Shown here: piece by piece, positions 40,601 through 53,282 of the stretch
Layout of the letters: each line of letters starts with the position of its first letter
How positions within the stretch are numbered: position 1 is the first letter of the stretch
The notes under the pieces: generated by a model
Seen by the model: the letters and a program-made list of their open reading frames with translations, nothing else
Database searches by the model: none
What the model was told of the DNA's origin: nothing
Position numbers and translations under genes: made by a program
Source of the DNA: Ophelia neglecta
Taxonomy: Eukaryota
Length of the DNA stretch: 64,000 bases
Direction: 5' to 3'
Assembly: GCA_965285935.1 (NCBI GenBank)
Contig: OZ260664.1
Location: 61,504,001 to 61,568,000, forward strand

Positions 40601-41299
40601 TCATGGCCATTAAGTTAAACCTGCACGGGGTTTGCTACAAACTGAGTACAAACTGTGTGATGAAATATTGGCGAATATCTTCAACGGTAACAGTAACAGG
40701 TCAAGTTTCTCTTTAATGAGAAGGGTACTTATTTGAAATCACTTCTCACTAAGTTAATGTACTACGAGGATTTATTAAGCACCAGCGATATCGGTTAGGC
40801 TAATGATCGACGAACATGTACGTCGTATGGAATAGACCTTGTCGACGCCAAAGTACGTGTGAGAGACTGAGTTTTAACTGTACATGTATATCTCTATCAA
40901 ATACATACATATCACAAGAGCTTGCGGTCAAAAAATTGGCTCAGAAAAATGTTTTGGTTAAATTGTGGCTTATCTCGGGCAATTATCTTTTATGATGTTA
41001 TTTCCCATTATACAGAATATGAATTTGTATATTGTTTTTTTTCTGTATATCTTCTTCAATCTTATTTGTCATTTGCTATGTTATTTGTCCTATCGTGTGA
41101 TATTTTGCAACCTTATTTATCTCTAGGCTATTCTACACTGAATGATCACATTGCCGGGGTGTTCATAATTAACGGGTGGGTCATGATGTATGAACCCTAC
41201 CAAGCTTACTTTGTCTTAAGGTGATGCATAGCACCTTCATATTTTTTGTTGTAATAAAATAGAGCGAATAGTGTTTAGTTCATTTTCATTGGTATTTTA

Positions 41300-41900
41300 C
41301 TGCCTTTCGCCCCTAGAGAATACACATCATCCAATAAAACATCCCTCTGTGTCAGAAAGAAGGCGGGCCAATTGATTTTGAAAATCCCTAGACGGCTACG
41401 TTGTCTTTCTTTTATAAAACACCATCACGTTGTTTATATCTCTCTTTATCTTCACTCTTATAGAAGATAACAAATGAAATAATTATAACTGATATAATTT
41501 AAATAATTACTTTAAATATAAGCCCTTATCAAATTATTAATCTTGAACAGCCCATTAATAGGTCCGAAGTCATCAGGAACCAGCAGCCATACCACCTTAC
41601 ACATCCATCCCACGCTCCCGAACAGTAAACAAGCTTGTAACGAAATAACAAATCGAAAACAAATTTATATCATTTGCAATAAGAAGTGGTCAGCCGTTTT
41701 CTAGGATGTGAGTCTAAGCACAAAACAAACGGGCCAGTGCCCAACGTAGTAAAGAGGTGAAATAGCTGGTGCGTTGGTTAGAGATGTCTAGCTCATAAGT
41801 TTAGAGACCAAAGAAACAATATTGTACTAATGATTATATACATGTTCATATATCTTACACACTGCCTCGCACTAAATAAAATACTAGATTATATAACTAA
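41300..41900 (+). pseudogene. Decayed GT32 paralogue
   Basis: 41560-41690 is similar to 34670-34810. QEPAA..., VNKLV...NKFISFAIRS. Confidence 0.5.
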
Positions 41901-42499
41901 CGTTGATAACATTTCTTAAAAATGGTATTAATATGCATGTATAAACCACGTGACGCAATTATGAAATAGTGAGTAATTAAGAGAGCACGAGAGTAACATA
42001 GGAAACTCAGCACAAACACAAGATACTAACAAATAAAACTACTAGCTATGCGAGCATGCAATTCTTTTGTTACCAAGACCAGGGGTCAAACATCCCTCTT
42101 ACCTTCTTGACAATTCGCGGGATGGGGGTGGGTGTGTGTGGTTTCTACACTCCTCGTACAAATATCATCGTAATCCGAAATAAAAGCGTTACCGGTACAC
42201 CCTGTTGATCTAACCATTCATTGCACCTTTGGAAATGTAAAGAACGTTTACATTCTTCTGTTGAGTTGTTTTTCTAAAGATAAATCTTTATATAATATCA
42301 TTTTTTGGTGAGAGCATAGTCCGTCAAAGACTCACCTAGGGCATATATCCTCATCGTTCTGGTTTGGCCACTCATTCATTTGTTGTGTGGTATGGCACAC
42401 ATCATATTCACTGGTGACACCGTCTCATTGGAAGTGATATCAATTTTAAGTTATTATGGTTATGTCCGTTACACTTGCATCCTCTGTTAGGATACATGT

Positions 42500-43850
42500 T
42501 TGTTCTGCTGCGGCAGCTGTTTTCTGGTAAAATTTGAATTAATTTAATGGACAGTTCTTTATTATAGATTTCGTTTTGTGTGCCGAGTAAGCATTCCCGT
42601 TTTTTATATTTGGAATAATCTCTTAACCAATAAGAATGCGTTTCTACAACTCATCTATCGTATGTCGAAGCAGATGTCGCAGGTCATTTTTGCAGTCTAG
42701 GTGAAGTTGCCAAACATGTCTCACCAAAGTCTAATACGGAAGGGACGAGAATATAAAACAGTCGCTACCATCCTGTCCCGACTTAGGGGCGGCCGTAGTA
42801 TAGCAGCCAGAGATAAATCCCCATTTAGATCATTTGGGGCGTAGTACGTTGGTTTTTGGAGTCGGAGCAGACTCAGTCTTCTGTTTTTACAATTTCTCGG
42901 ACATTGCTGCATCTTTTCTTGGCAGAAAGTGTGCAGTGGATGGAAAAGAACATTAGATATGGCATTTTGGTTCAAGTCGGGTTAATGTGTAATAACTTGA
43001 GTAAAGTGTGGCCTTGTGCACATTTACAGTAAGTCTTTGTTCCTAGTGCATCTCCAATTAGTTTAACTATAGATAAACCAAGTGAGTTAAAAATATTAAG
43101 AGAGGAGCTACATTTAGAGCCTGTCTGGTTTTCACCCCGTCATCGGAGCAGTTTCTGACCCTTATTATACAGTAACGTTGACCACGTTTTGGTAACATTC
43201 TCATCCAGGTCGTTTTTTAGCCAAATGCTAACTTAACTCGTCATTATAGCTTTCCGCCAAAGGCTGAAACTGCCCATATGGCTTTATGATATTATCCAAT
43301 TTTTCATCATATTAACTGCGTTAATAAATGATTTATTAATTAATGTCAGTTTAAATGAAAACAAAGGCACTTCAATTCCAATTAAAGAACTCGAAATAAG
43401 CATATTATAGCCATGTTCATTTGTTCCATTCCCAACCCTTTCCTATTGTCAAATGTTTGCTTAACGTTTGATTGGCGGAGACCTGTTGATGGGTTTTTGT
43501 TTTAACAATTTTCCAAACACTTTTACTCTTTAATAATAATTCGCTGGCATTGCTTTTTTATTTAGTTCTCGTAGTCTATGAGTCAAGATAAAAGTACCAG
43601 GGGTGAGCGGTTTGAAGCCACTCGTTGCTCTATTACACCGACGAATACAATGTGAAATGTTATACTTTGCAAACCCTCAGGAAATGATTATATGAATTCA
43701 TTTTACCGATTATCTGCTTCGCAAACTGGAAGGACTCCTGCGTGGCAAACACACCAGTCCATATTACTAGAACGTATAAACATGCATTAAGGAGCTTTGC
43801 ATTTTTCAGGAACCGTAAATTGCGACCTAGCAACCACAAAATACCAAACA
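42500..43850 (-). pseudogene. Possible decayed GT32 paralogue
   Basis: TM-like LLNACLYVLVIWTGVF; VSIWLKN..G*E (43200-43232, ~VQSWRTNHPDWE); IGDAL (~RADAL). Confidence 0.4.
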
Positions 43851-44099
43851 CGAGTTCACCAAATGCTGATAATAGAACTACACTTATTCCAATGTTTCCG
43901 CTATGAGAGTCAATTCACAAACCAGGTTTAAAGGGTGTAACCTGCCCTTAATGTATTCTAGCATACAGGAACTGCTAAAATGAATAGCAGGAGGCCTCAG
44001 GGGACATATTTATATGTGGCTGATGTCGAATGCAAAGGATCCTGCATAGAAATGACTTCTTTCATCAAAACTTAGTCAACTTAGAGTGAACCACTATAC

Positions 44100-45200
44100 T
44101 TATTTACACTATGAATGCACACCGGCACTTGCAACAGACCATTGTATCGGGTTTTAGTATGAAACAGGTAGTTATAAAAAGCCCCAATTTCATGGACTAT
44201 TTACGGACTGCAGCGGCTTTGATTTTTCAATTAGACCTCGAAATATTTTCATTTCTTAATTAATCCATAATTAATAATAAAACAATACCTGGGGTTGGAC
44301 GAGTATAAACCACTAAGCTAGGTTTCTATTTCACTCATATGCCCAACAATGAATCATGTGGCTTTGTCTTGTCGCTATTAAATGAAATTATAAACTGTGT
44401 TGGCCCCAAGTTGCACTGACTAGCCATACCAAGTGTATTTCTTGCAAGTTGAAACAGCCGCCGCCATAACAAGGTCTCAGCTGTTGCAACTGCAAGCCGA
44501 ATCCTTTTTAGCTCGCTAAAAGTCCCCTAGTGGTATGAGATATGAGTGTAAAGATAAATTGATAGTTGATAGTCCCACCTGGCCTGCCTTCATTACAATA
44601 ATAAATATTGATGTCTAGAGAGAAGCCGACTGAGCTACATCAATACCACTGGATATTTCGGCTTAATTTTTGTGCGAAAATAATGAGTTACTAGTCTCCA
44701 TGTAAATGCCTAATATCCGCAGCGCCGATAAAGTATAAGCTCATGTCTTAAACAGGTTTATTTATAGCGTTATTATTTGCATAAGAACAGCATTAATCAC
44801 AAGAAACACCATTTTGGATCGCAGAAAATAACCTGTAAAAAGCATTTGTTTCCTCGATTTGTTTAGCTCGCTGGCTGTCCTAGCGAATAGATACGCTAAA
44901 CATTACGTGGGTGTATTAATCAGTAGACATCTCACTCTGTTAAGACATCACCCAGCTGGAAGATTGCATTACTGGCTCTACAATTCAAGGTTGTGTGTAC
45001 CTGCATTTACTGTTGAAATAGAAGGAACGTATGTCGCATAATAACACCCGAGAGACGGCCCTATAGTGCCAAGCTGTGGCCTTGTTGATTTTTGTTCACT
45101 AGCAAAGGCTGAAAAAATAGTGCGCTGCAAATAACAGAAAAAGGTCAGCACATGCATACTAAGTATATGCTTAGTCATGACTAACCAGATCAGCAGATCA
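44100..45200 (-). pseudogene. Decayed GT32 paralogue
   Basis: TM-like HILSMHVLTFFCYL; YH*(G)GLFSELK at 44506-44536 (~YQYGGVFADLD); QLRP (~SLxPL). Confidence 0.55.
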
Positions 45201-46399
45201 CACATCGAGACTTCTGATGAGACTTTATGCTTGCCATGCTGACAGCGTTGACAAGTTGTTAAATATGGTAGATGTCTTTATAAAACTGAACAGGCAGCAT
45301 GTTTTAGTCCGTATTGACCTAACTAACATCAGGGATGACAGACTAGCCACTAGTCATCCACAGCACCAGCATTTTTCATCCTGAACATCGAGAAACACAC
45401 AATATTAACAGTTTTGGAAATGTGATGCATATGAAATATATCCTAAAGGCTCTCACTTCGGGATTGAAAGGCAGCCTAAGAACGGGACACTTGGCGGGTT
45501 GACGATGGGTTTTTCTATTGATATATCGTAGCATTGCGCCTGCAGCACATCAACGAATACAGGTTACCCTTCCTGTTAATCCTTTAAAGGTCAAGTTATC
45601 GTGACCTTACCTTAGTCATACATTATTATACATAAATGACAATTACTAGATTGTTTGGAAGCTCTGGATTATATTTAACTACTTTTCCGCCTGCGCTACT
45701 TGCGCCGTCTAACGTTAGTACCCCAGACACCATTCAAGAAACTTGCGTATGTCTCAGGTGGCGATCTCTTGGGAACCGAGGTAGAGCATCACATGATTTA
45801 ACCATTGTCAGACATGAGCCAGAATATTAGGAAGCACTAATGTTCAGTTTTTAAAGGTCTTTTGAGCAAATGGTGCTGGTTGTTTGGTTTTTAAAGGACA
45901 TTAGAGCAAGGGGTGCTGGTTTTTATGCATGTCTAGATATTCTGCTAATTACCAACTGCTTTATATTTCATGAATGAATTATAAACAATTTTTTATCTTG
46001 ATTGGGGAAATATAGGCCAACATTCTTTTCCTGACGAGAGTTGTCCGGTTAACTATTTCAAATAATTCTGGGTACCTCCCTCTAGTACTTGTATTGTTCA
46101 AAATCTTTCGGCAAATCCATAATGGATTGAGCACAACTCGTGATTGACAATGCAATTTAACTCTTGAATGAAATCCATTATTTATTTATAATTATAAATT
46201 AAGTTTGATCCCAATTTAAGTGCTTGAATAATAGATAATACCAAATCAGTTCAGACAGACCATAGAGTGTATGGGAAAAACCACTTATCAATTGTTGAAA
46301 CACAATATTCCGCAGTTTTACATCGAGTAAATGAGTGATACATCGATTTTTCAAAGATATCCTAACTACTCTTACCGCAATGCCGCAGCACACCTAAAG

Positions 46400-47204
46400 T
46401 GGGATCGGGGATTCAACAAAACAGATTCACGTTTGTATTAAAGTCTTTAAAAGCTAATAACATATTAAGAGAATCTGCTTGACTTCCTTAATCTCTTGTT
46501 TTGTTTCTGTATTGATACCTTTTATCGTCGTGAAGTTGGCTGACAGTAACATAAAAAGCAACATCAGTGTTTGGCTTCCTGCAGTTAATATCAAATTGGC
46601 ACTGAAAAGCAATCTCAAGCAGTCAGTACATGTTGATCCTTCATCCAATATGGATTAAACCTTCCCTTCCGCCTGTTCAGTTTTCTGCTCACGCCGTCTC
46701 TTTATTGCCAATCTCTAAGAAGGAGATCGCTCGTACTGGGGGCGTCATGCAGCATCACAATTAGAAGTGCGCCCTCAGCACACAAAGATCAATACGCCGT
46801 ATTGTGAATTGTCTCAGCCGGCTGGACCAGCAGGGGAGGAAAGTTCTTCCCCGCTCGACAAATAGTTCATTGAGTTTCCATGTATAAATCATAATGCAAG
46901 TCTTCGGGTTTTATCAATAATAACCTGAGCTAAAATCGTAGTTGTTCTGAAATTGGTACTAGCGAAGGCTTGGCAAAGTACACGGCTTAGTTTGTAAATA
47001 CTAAACAGGGCCTTGTTTGAGACCACTAGAGAAGACGATCAGAAAGCCATGGGGGTGAGGTCTTATCAAACCCAAGCACGCAACGCCATTTAATGCGACT
47101 TGTAACTTATTGAACGAACACTTCTAAGTGCCAATTGCCTCAATTTAAAGGACGGAGGAGTAGATTCACAGAAGCAAATAGATCATTAAAGCAGACGAGA
47201 CAGT
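46400..47204 (-). pseudogene. Decayed GT32 paralogue abutting the Gypsy insertion
   Basis: SN...A*RPQY..RLAIKR (46700-46765, ~ACRPKH..FVI). Colinear with 23.95-24.6 kb. Confidence 0.6.
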
Positions 47205-47209
47205 CTTGT

Positions 47210-47398
47210 TGTAATGTATTGATAGTAGTATGGAAGATATTCCGTGTTTAGTTCGTATTGTAGTTTTGCCATGCAAAAACACATCCGGGTCTTCTGTAGC
47301 AGCCATTTTCCTGTCAACCTTGGAATAAATAATAGTTCGTTATCAAATCCGAATTTGTTACTGTTTTGATGGGTCATCCACAAACGGGTAACATAACA
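47210..47398 (+). repeat. 5' LTR
   Basis: Direct repeat of 51704-51892; contains AATAAA. Confidence 0.98.
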
Positions 47399-47401
47399 AA
47401 T

Positions 47402-47414
47402 TGGCGACGAGGAT
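47402..47414 (+). promoter_or_regulatory. Primer-binding site, probably tRNA-Ser(GCU)
   Basis: TGGCGACGAGGAT is complementary to ATCCTCGTCG-CCA, the recalled 3' end of metazoan tRNA-Ser(GCU). Confidence 0.8.
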
Positions 47415-47450
47415 CTATAGGAGCGGGATTGCTTACAGTGAGTGGAGATC

Positions 47451-50400
47451 ATGGCGGTATACGGGAATATGGACATATTTTCACCGGAGACGGAGTCTTG
47501 GATTTCCTACTCTGAAAGGTTTGACAATTACCTGCTGGCAAACAAGGTCACGGACGAAGCTCAAAAAAAGGCTCTATTCCTGACGGCATTGGGTAAAGTA
47601 ACATACAATGTTTTACGATCCCTGGTAGCGCCAGAAAAAGCTAGTGACAAAACTTTGGCACAGTTACAGGATAAACTGAAGTCGTATTATTGCCCTAAAC
47701 CAAGTAAAATTGTCACCAGATACAAGTTTAATACATGTGTTCAGAAAAGTGGACAGTCAGTGGCGGATTTTCTAGCGGAATTGAGAGCTTTGAGCGAAAA
47801 TTGTGAGTTCGATAACATGAATGAATGGTTATTGAGCAGACTTGTTTGTGGTATCAGAGACGAAAGTACACTTAAGACATTTTTGTCTGAGTCAGAACTG
47901 ACCTTAGAAAAAGCAGTTGGTATGGCTTTAAGCAGAGAGCTGGCTACTAAAGGAGTGGCTGAAATAAGAGGCATGACCACAGAGGAGAAGCCAATGTCTA
48001 GTACCTCTGCAGTCAATAAACTGAAAATCACATGTTGGCGATGTCTAGGAGATCATAAACCAGATCAGTGTAAATTCAAGGATTCATCTTGCTTCTTTTG
48101 CAATACCAAGGGGCACATTTCCAAGGCATGTAGGAAAAAGAAAAATAAGCAGGAGAAAAAGAAGAAGAAATTTAGGCAGAAACAAGGAGAGGCCAAGTTT
48201 TTGGAAACTGTCAATGCTTCTGCTTCTCATGAGCTGGGTGAATATGAGACTTTATATACACTGAGAAACCTCACTAAGCCCTATTGTATATCAGTCAATA
48301 TTGAAGGGAAAAATGTTAGGATGGAGGTTGATACAGGTGCATCTGTGACCGTAATGAACATTGATAATTTCAAAAAGTTGTTTGAAAAAACAGACCTTCA
48401 ACCTGCCAAGACTGTAATACGAGGCTACACGGGAGAGGTAGTACCAATGGCTGGAGAAGCACAAGTAATGGTGAATCATAATAACCAGTCTCAAGTCTTA
48501 AATCTATGCATCACAAAACAAGGACCAACTTTGTTGGGCAGAAATTGGATGGAGCTCATAAAACTTAGCTGGGACCAGGTTAATGTTTTGAGTTTAGACC
48601 ACCCAGCACAGGCTTTGGTTGAACAATATAACGAGTTGTTTGACAATAAGTTAGGATGTATGAAAGGAGTGCAGGCCAAAATCATAGTGACCGATGATGC
48701 ACAGCCAATATTTCATAAAGCCAGAACAGTGCCACTGGCACTAAAAAACAAAGTTTCATCCGAGCTGGAGAGACTTGAACGAGAAGGTACCATAGAGAGA
48801 GTAACACACTCTGATTGGGCAGCACCCATAGTACCTATATTAAAATCTGACGGCACAATTAGGATCTGTGGTGATTACAAGGTGACTGTAAATAGAGTAT
48901 CAAAGGTGGAGCAGTATCCAATTCCCAAAATAGAAGAAATACTGTCAGTGATGAGTGGGGGGAAAAGTTTTTCCAAGCTGGACTTGTCAGCGGCATATCA
49001 ACAGTTGGAGCTTGAGGAGGAGTCTAAGCAGTATACAACCATAAATTCTCATTTGGGTTTGTTTCGGTACCACCGATTACCCTATGGAATTTCCTCCGCT
49101 CCCGCTATTTTTCAACGGGCATTGGAAAACTTACTCAAGGGCATTCCCTTCACAATTGTACGTCTTGACGACATTTTGGTATCAGGCCGGAATGACAAAG
49201 AACATTTAGCTAACCTCCAGGAGATTTTCAAACGCCTTCAGGAAGCGTGTGTTAGACTCAAGGCAAGCAAATGTCAGTTTTTTGAGCCACAAGTAGTATA
49301 CTGTGGAAATTTGGTGAATCAGAATGGTGTGAGACCAGCACCGGGCAATGTTAAGGCCATATTGGAGGCTCCAAGACCTACAGATATCACTGAAGTCAAA
49401 AGCTACCTAGGAATGTTAAATTACTACCACAGATTCCTGCCGAGGTTGTCTACCCTAATGGAGCCACTTCACCGGCTGATTAGGAAAGATGAAACATGGT
49501 CATGGGGTGATCTTGAACAGCAAGCATTTGAGGAGTCAAAGAAGCTATTGACTTCTGAAAATCTACTCGTACATTACGAGACGGATAAAGAACTGGTCCT
49601 TGCTTGCGATGCCTCGCCGTATGGCGTGGGATCGGTGTTATCTCATGTGATGGAAGATGGAACAGAACAACCAATAGCATATGCCTCACGTACACTCAAC
49701 CAAGCTGAACGTAATTATGCTCAAATAGACAAGGAAGGACTGAGCATAATTTTTGGGGTAAAGAAGTTTCATCAGTTTTTATGGGGCCGGAATTTCAAGA
49801 TTTTTACAGACCACAAACCGTTACTCGGAGTGCTGGGGGAGAAAAAACCTGTTCCACAAATGGCATCACCACGTGTTGTCAGATGGGCATTAACATTGGC
49901 TGCATATGAATATGAACTGATTTACCGCCCAGGCGCTGCTCATGCTAATGCTGACGGCTTAAGCAGATTACCTTTACCAGATCAGCCGAAGTATGTACCA
50001 GTACCAGAAGAAAGTATCAGTATGTTAGAACACATGGATGAGACAACCGTGAAAGCAGAAATGATACAGCAGTGGACCAGAAGGGATCCGGTACTATCAC
50101 AGATTATGCGGTATGTGCAAACAGGGTGGCCAGAGAAATGTCCAAATGAAAAACTCAAACCCTATTTTAATAGACAATCTGAATTGAGCGTGGACAAAGA
50201 CTGTTTGTTTTGGGGAACCAGGGTCATTATTCCATTACCAGGAAGGAGTGCGATACTCAAAGAATTACACGAGGCACATCCTGGAATGGTTAGAATGAAG
50301 GCTCTGGCCAGGAGCTATGTTTGGTGGCCCGGTTTAAACAGTGACATTGAAACCACAGTCAGAAAATGTGAATCTTGCCAAATGAATGCCAAAAGTCCGA

Positions 50401-51419
50401 TGCTAGCACCCCTTCATCCGTGGGAGTATCCAGCGAGACCGTGGCAGCGCCTTCATATCGATTATGCGGGACCTTTTCTAGGCAAGATGTTTTTGGTGTT
50501 AGTTGACGCTTACTCAAAATGGATTGAGGTTTTCCCACAAACCACATCCACCAGTACAGCCACAGTTAACAGTCTAACGGAGTGTTTTGCGACACACGGA
50601 GTTCCGTCGCAGATAGTAAGTGACAACGCCAGTTGTTTCACTTCGGAGGAATTCGAAGCATTTCTAGACCGAAATGGAATTCACCATATAACGTCGGCAC
50701 CATATCATCCGTCGACAAATGGCCTTGCGGAACGAGTAGTACAAACTTTCAAAAACAGTATGAAACGCATGGAACTATCAGATTCCGATAAGAAGGACAA
50801 TTTGAAATTGAGAGTAGCAAAATTTCTATTTCAATACAGAATCACCCCTCACGCAACTACAGGTAGATCACCTTCAGAACTACTTATGGGGAGAAAATTG
50901 TACACTAGACTTGATTTACTAAGACCTGATGTCACCAGAAAAGTGCAGGCTCAACAAAATATTCAGAAACAACAGCATGATCGTACTGCAAAGCTACGCA
51001 AATTTCAGACTGCAGATACAGTATACGTGCGTGACTATCGACCAGGTCATAAGTGGATGCAAGGACTAGTAGAATATCGGACAGGTCCATTGTCTTATCG
51101 TGTTAGACTACCATCAGGTGACTTAGTTCGTCGTCACCAGGACCAAATGCGTCAGCGCCTCGATAGAGAAATACCAGTCAGTCCGGAAGCAACACTGACT
51201 GTACTGCCTCCGTCCGAGAGTACTGTTTCTACGGACATCAAATCACCAGTACCTCAGACCGCTATCGAAAACATGCCAGTTACTACACTTGAGATGCCTA
51301 TCGAGGTGCCAGCTCAGCCAAGCGTAACTGAGAAAATATGTACATGTACACCTACTCCACGTTATCCAATGAGGACTAGGATCCGCCCAAGGCGTTTTCA
51401 AGATTATGAAATAACTTAA
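47451..51419 (+). CDS. Gag-Pol polyprotein (~1322 aa from the first ATG)
   Basis: Two Zn knuckles (CWRCLGDHKPDQC, CFFCNTKGHISKAC), protease VDTGA, RT (LPYGISSAP, RLDD), RNase H (CDASPYGVG, TDHKPL), integrase HHCC and D-D-E (HIDYAGP, SDN, NGLAER). PR-RT-RH-IN order. Confidence 0.97.
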   Translation: MAVYGNMDIFSPETESWISYSERFDNYLLANKVTDEAQKKALFLTALGKVTYNVLRSLVAPEKASDKTLAQLQDKLKSYYCPKPSKIVTRYKFNTCVQKSGQSVADFLAELRALSENCEFDNMNEWLLSRLVCGIRDESTLKTFLSESELTLEKAVGMALSRELATKGVAEIRGMTTEEKPMSSTSAVNKLKITCWRCLGDHKPDQCKFKDSSCFFCNTKGHISKACRKKKNKQEKKKKKFRQKQGEAKFLETVNASASHELGEYETLYTLRNLTKPYCISVNIEGKNVRMEVDTGASVTVMNIDNFKKLFEKTDLQPAKTVIRGYTGEVVPMAGEAQVMVNHNNQSQVLNLCITKQGPTLLGRNWMELIKLSWDQVNVLSLDHPAQALVEQYNELFDNKLGCMKGVQAKIIVTDDAQPIFHKARTVPLALKNKVSSELERLEREGTIERVTHSDWAAPIVPILKSDGTIRICGDYKVTVNRVSKVEQYPIPKIEEILSVMSGGKSFSKLDLSAAYQQLELEEESKQYTTINSHLGLFRYHRLPYGISSAPAIFQRALENLLKGIPFTIVRLDDILVSGRNDKEHLANLQEIFKRLQEACVRLKASKCQFFEPQVVYCGNLVNQNGVRPAPGNVKAILEAPRPTDITEVKSYLGMLNYYHRFLPRLSTLMEPLHRLIRKDETWSWGDLEQQAFEESKKLLTSENLLVHYETDKELVLACDASPYGVGSVLSHVMEDGTEQPIAYASRTLNQAERNYAQIDKEGLSIIFGVKKFHQFLWGRNFKIFTDHKPLLGVLGEKKPVPQMASPRVVRWALTLAAYEYELIYRPGAAHANADGLSRLPLPDQPKYVPVPEESISMLEHMDETTVKAEMIQQWTRRDPVLSQIMRYVQTGWPEKCPNEKLKPYFNRQSELSVDKDCLFWGTRVIIPLPGRSAILKELHEAHPGMVRMKALARSYVWWPGLNSDIETTVRKCESCQMNAKSPMLAPLHPWEYPARPWQRLHIDYAGPFLGKMFLVLVDAYSKWIEVFPQTTSTSTATVNSLTECFATHGVPSQIVSDNASCFTSEEFEAFLDRNGIHHITSAPYHPSTNGLAERVVQTFKNSMKRMELSDSDKKDNLKLRVAKFLFQYRITPHATTGRSPSELLMGRKLYTRLDLLRPDVTRKVQAQQNIQKQQHDRTAKLRKFQTADTVYVRDYRPGHKWMQGLVEYRTGPLSYRVRLPSGDLVRRHQDQMRQRLDREIPVSPEATLTVLPPSESTVSTDIKSPVPQTAIENMPVTTLEMPIEVPAQPSVTEKICTCTPTPRYPMRTRIRPRRFQDYEIT

Positions 51420-51703
51420 ATTCAAGTTATTATATTAAGAGTAAGCACAGGATCAGAATAATATCCTGTTTATATTATTAAGAGATTGAGGTAGTCTACC
51501 CTCACCTCTAGTAGAAAGTTATTAGTCGTGTTCTTTAACTTTAAAAGTAAAAATTTCTGAACGTTATGCATTTAATAGTAAAAACAACTATGAAGAGTTG
51601 ATTGAACATTTTATTTCAAAATGATGTTACATATGAAACTGAATGACCTGAACATTACAGTGATACCTTATACGAGGAATTTTCAAACCTTAGGGGGAGG
51701 GAA

Positions 51704-51892
51704 TGTAATGTATTGATAGTAGTATGGAAGATATTCCGTGTTTAGTTCGTATTGTAGTTTTGCCATGCAAAAACACATCCGGGTCTTCTGTAGCAGCCAT
51801 TTTCCTGTCAACCTTGGAATAAATAATAGTTCGTTATTAAATCCGAATTTGTTACTGTTTTGATGGGTCATCCACAAACGGGTAACATAACA
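51704..51892 (+). repeat. 3' LTR
   Basis: Direct repeat of 47210-47398, preceded by the PPT. Confidence 0.98.
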
Positions 51893-52049
51893 CTTGTGAC
51901 GCATCATTACTAGGAAGTCTCCAATAAAATAATTTAACGATCAATTCCCAAAAATTAGCAATTTTGTTTCAAAATGTTGAAGTATAATTATCCGTTTAAT
52001 ATACATGAAATAAATGCTCTTTTAGTTTTTTTAGTCATTTTAAGAAATG

Positions 52050-52900
52050 TCAGCTTCTTTAACTGTTCAAGGACATTAACGGCATCCTCGCTTCAATGCA
52101 AATATGCTAATATTACTCCCCGGATATTGACTTTTTCTGACGTGACCGAACCCTTAAAGTCGTATTGGATGTTCCAACACCTATAACAGTCAGCAATTTG
52201 TTTTTGAAGGCACATGGGCTGAATATTGAAATTTAATCGAGGGTGAGCTATATAAATAATGTTCCCCTTTAGAATGTGATTGTATTTTTCATATAACTAA
52301 GGCTGGACATTTTTGTATTTCTCGGTTTATTGAGTATCTCTCCTGCTTAATTACCATATTATTTAACTGCTAGAAATACTTGATTCTAGCAGACGCCACT
52401 TTTGGCCATTGGCGATATTGTGCAGGCCATCCTTTGTGGCAGGTGAGTCCGAAGGCATGTCTGACCTTCGAAAGGACAATCAGGATTTGCCAATTTCAAG
52501 TAGTGTACACTGGTGTGTTCAGAACAAGTGGGTGCATTTGGCAGATTCGCATTTCACTAGATTAAAGGCACAATGGATCTAGTGTTGCATTAATAAGTGA
52601 CGTCGCCGAAATACTACAAATAATTCTTTTATCGCGAACTTAGGGCATAAAATGCAGTCAATACATTTGTCAATTTAAAGTTTGGGTGCCTTTAGATGTC
52701 TTCCAGCGTCTCCCTCTTCTCAATGATGCATCCCTAAGCCGGTTTGTCGTGTTGTCAAGAGGAACAGGCGTCTTCATTGGCAACAAACGGAGTTTATGGG
52801 TTTATCGTAAGTGCCATTTTTGAATGTCAATTAATGTAAGGATAATGATGGCCGTGGCACGCTAACCGGTCCATCCTCTATGTGCTCTATAGCAATCAAA
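52050..52900 (-). pseudogene. Decayed GT32 paralogue
   Basis: One frame reads L*YFGDV.....TRSIVPL......EHTSVHY (52500-52619, ~LYQYGGVFADLDVESLLPL...EHQALLY), then TCLRTHL and IYIAHP. Confidence 0.7.
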
Positions 52901-53282
52901 CCCGTCACAACGACACTAGTCCAGCAGTGAATATGCCAGGCGAACGACCTCAATTATCTCTTCCCTCATATTTCACAGCTGAGGCTACAAGAGATACCAA
53001 ATGGCAATCAATGTGAGCAGAAGAAATAACACAAATGCATTACTATTGTGATACAAAGAGAAGATCTATATCACAATTACCCCAATATTTAGTTCTATAA
53101 TATTCCACATATTGGATTTCCATAAATATCCTGTGGCTTTGTATTGGAATTGTGTATTGTGTGAGACGATAAAAAGGTTGTTGGTCACCAAATACAGGGT
53201 TCTGTGTTTATTCAGTCATGGCCCAAACTGATGTCTCTGTATTCAACACTCTTTCGTAGACTCTCGATGGAAGGTTCTACCT

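Larger units (their letters stand above)
47210..51892 (+). mobile_element. Intact Ty3/Gypsy (Mag-like) LTR retrotransposon
   Basis: 189-bp LTRs (47210-47398, 51704-51892), TG...CA, one mismatch. TSD CTTGT (47205-47209, 51893-51897). PBS TGGCGACGAGGAT 47402-47414; PPT AGGGGGAGGGAA 51692-51703. Single gag-pol ORF. Confidence 0.98.

Noticed and set aside
47741-51425. Short antisense ORFs within the retrotransposon
   Set aside because: Expected shadows of the long sense ORF, with no recognisable motifs.
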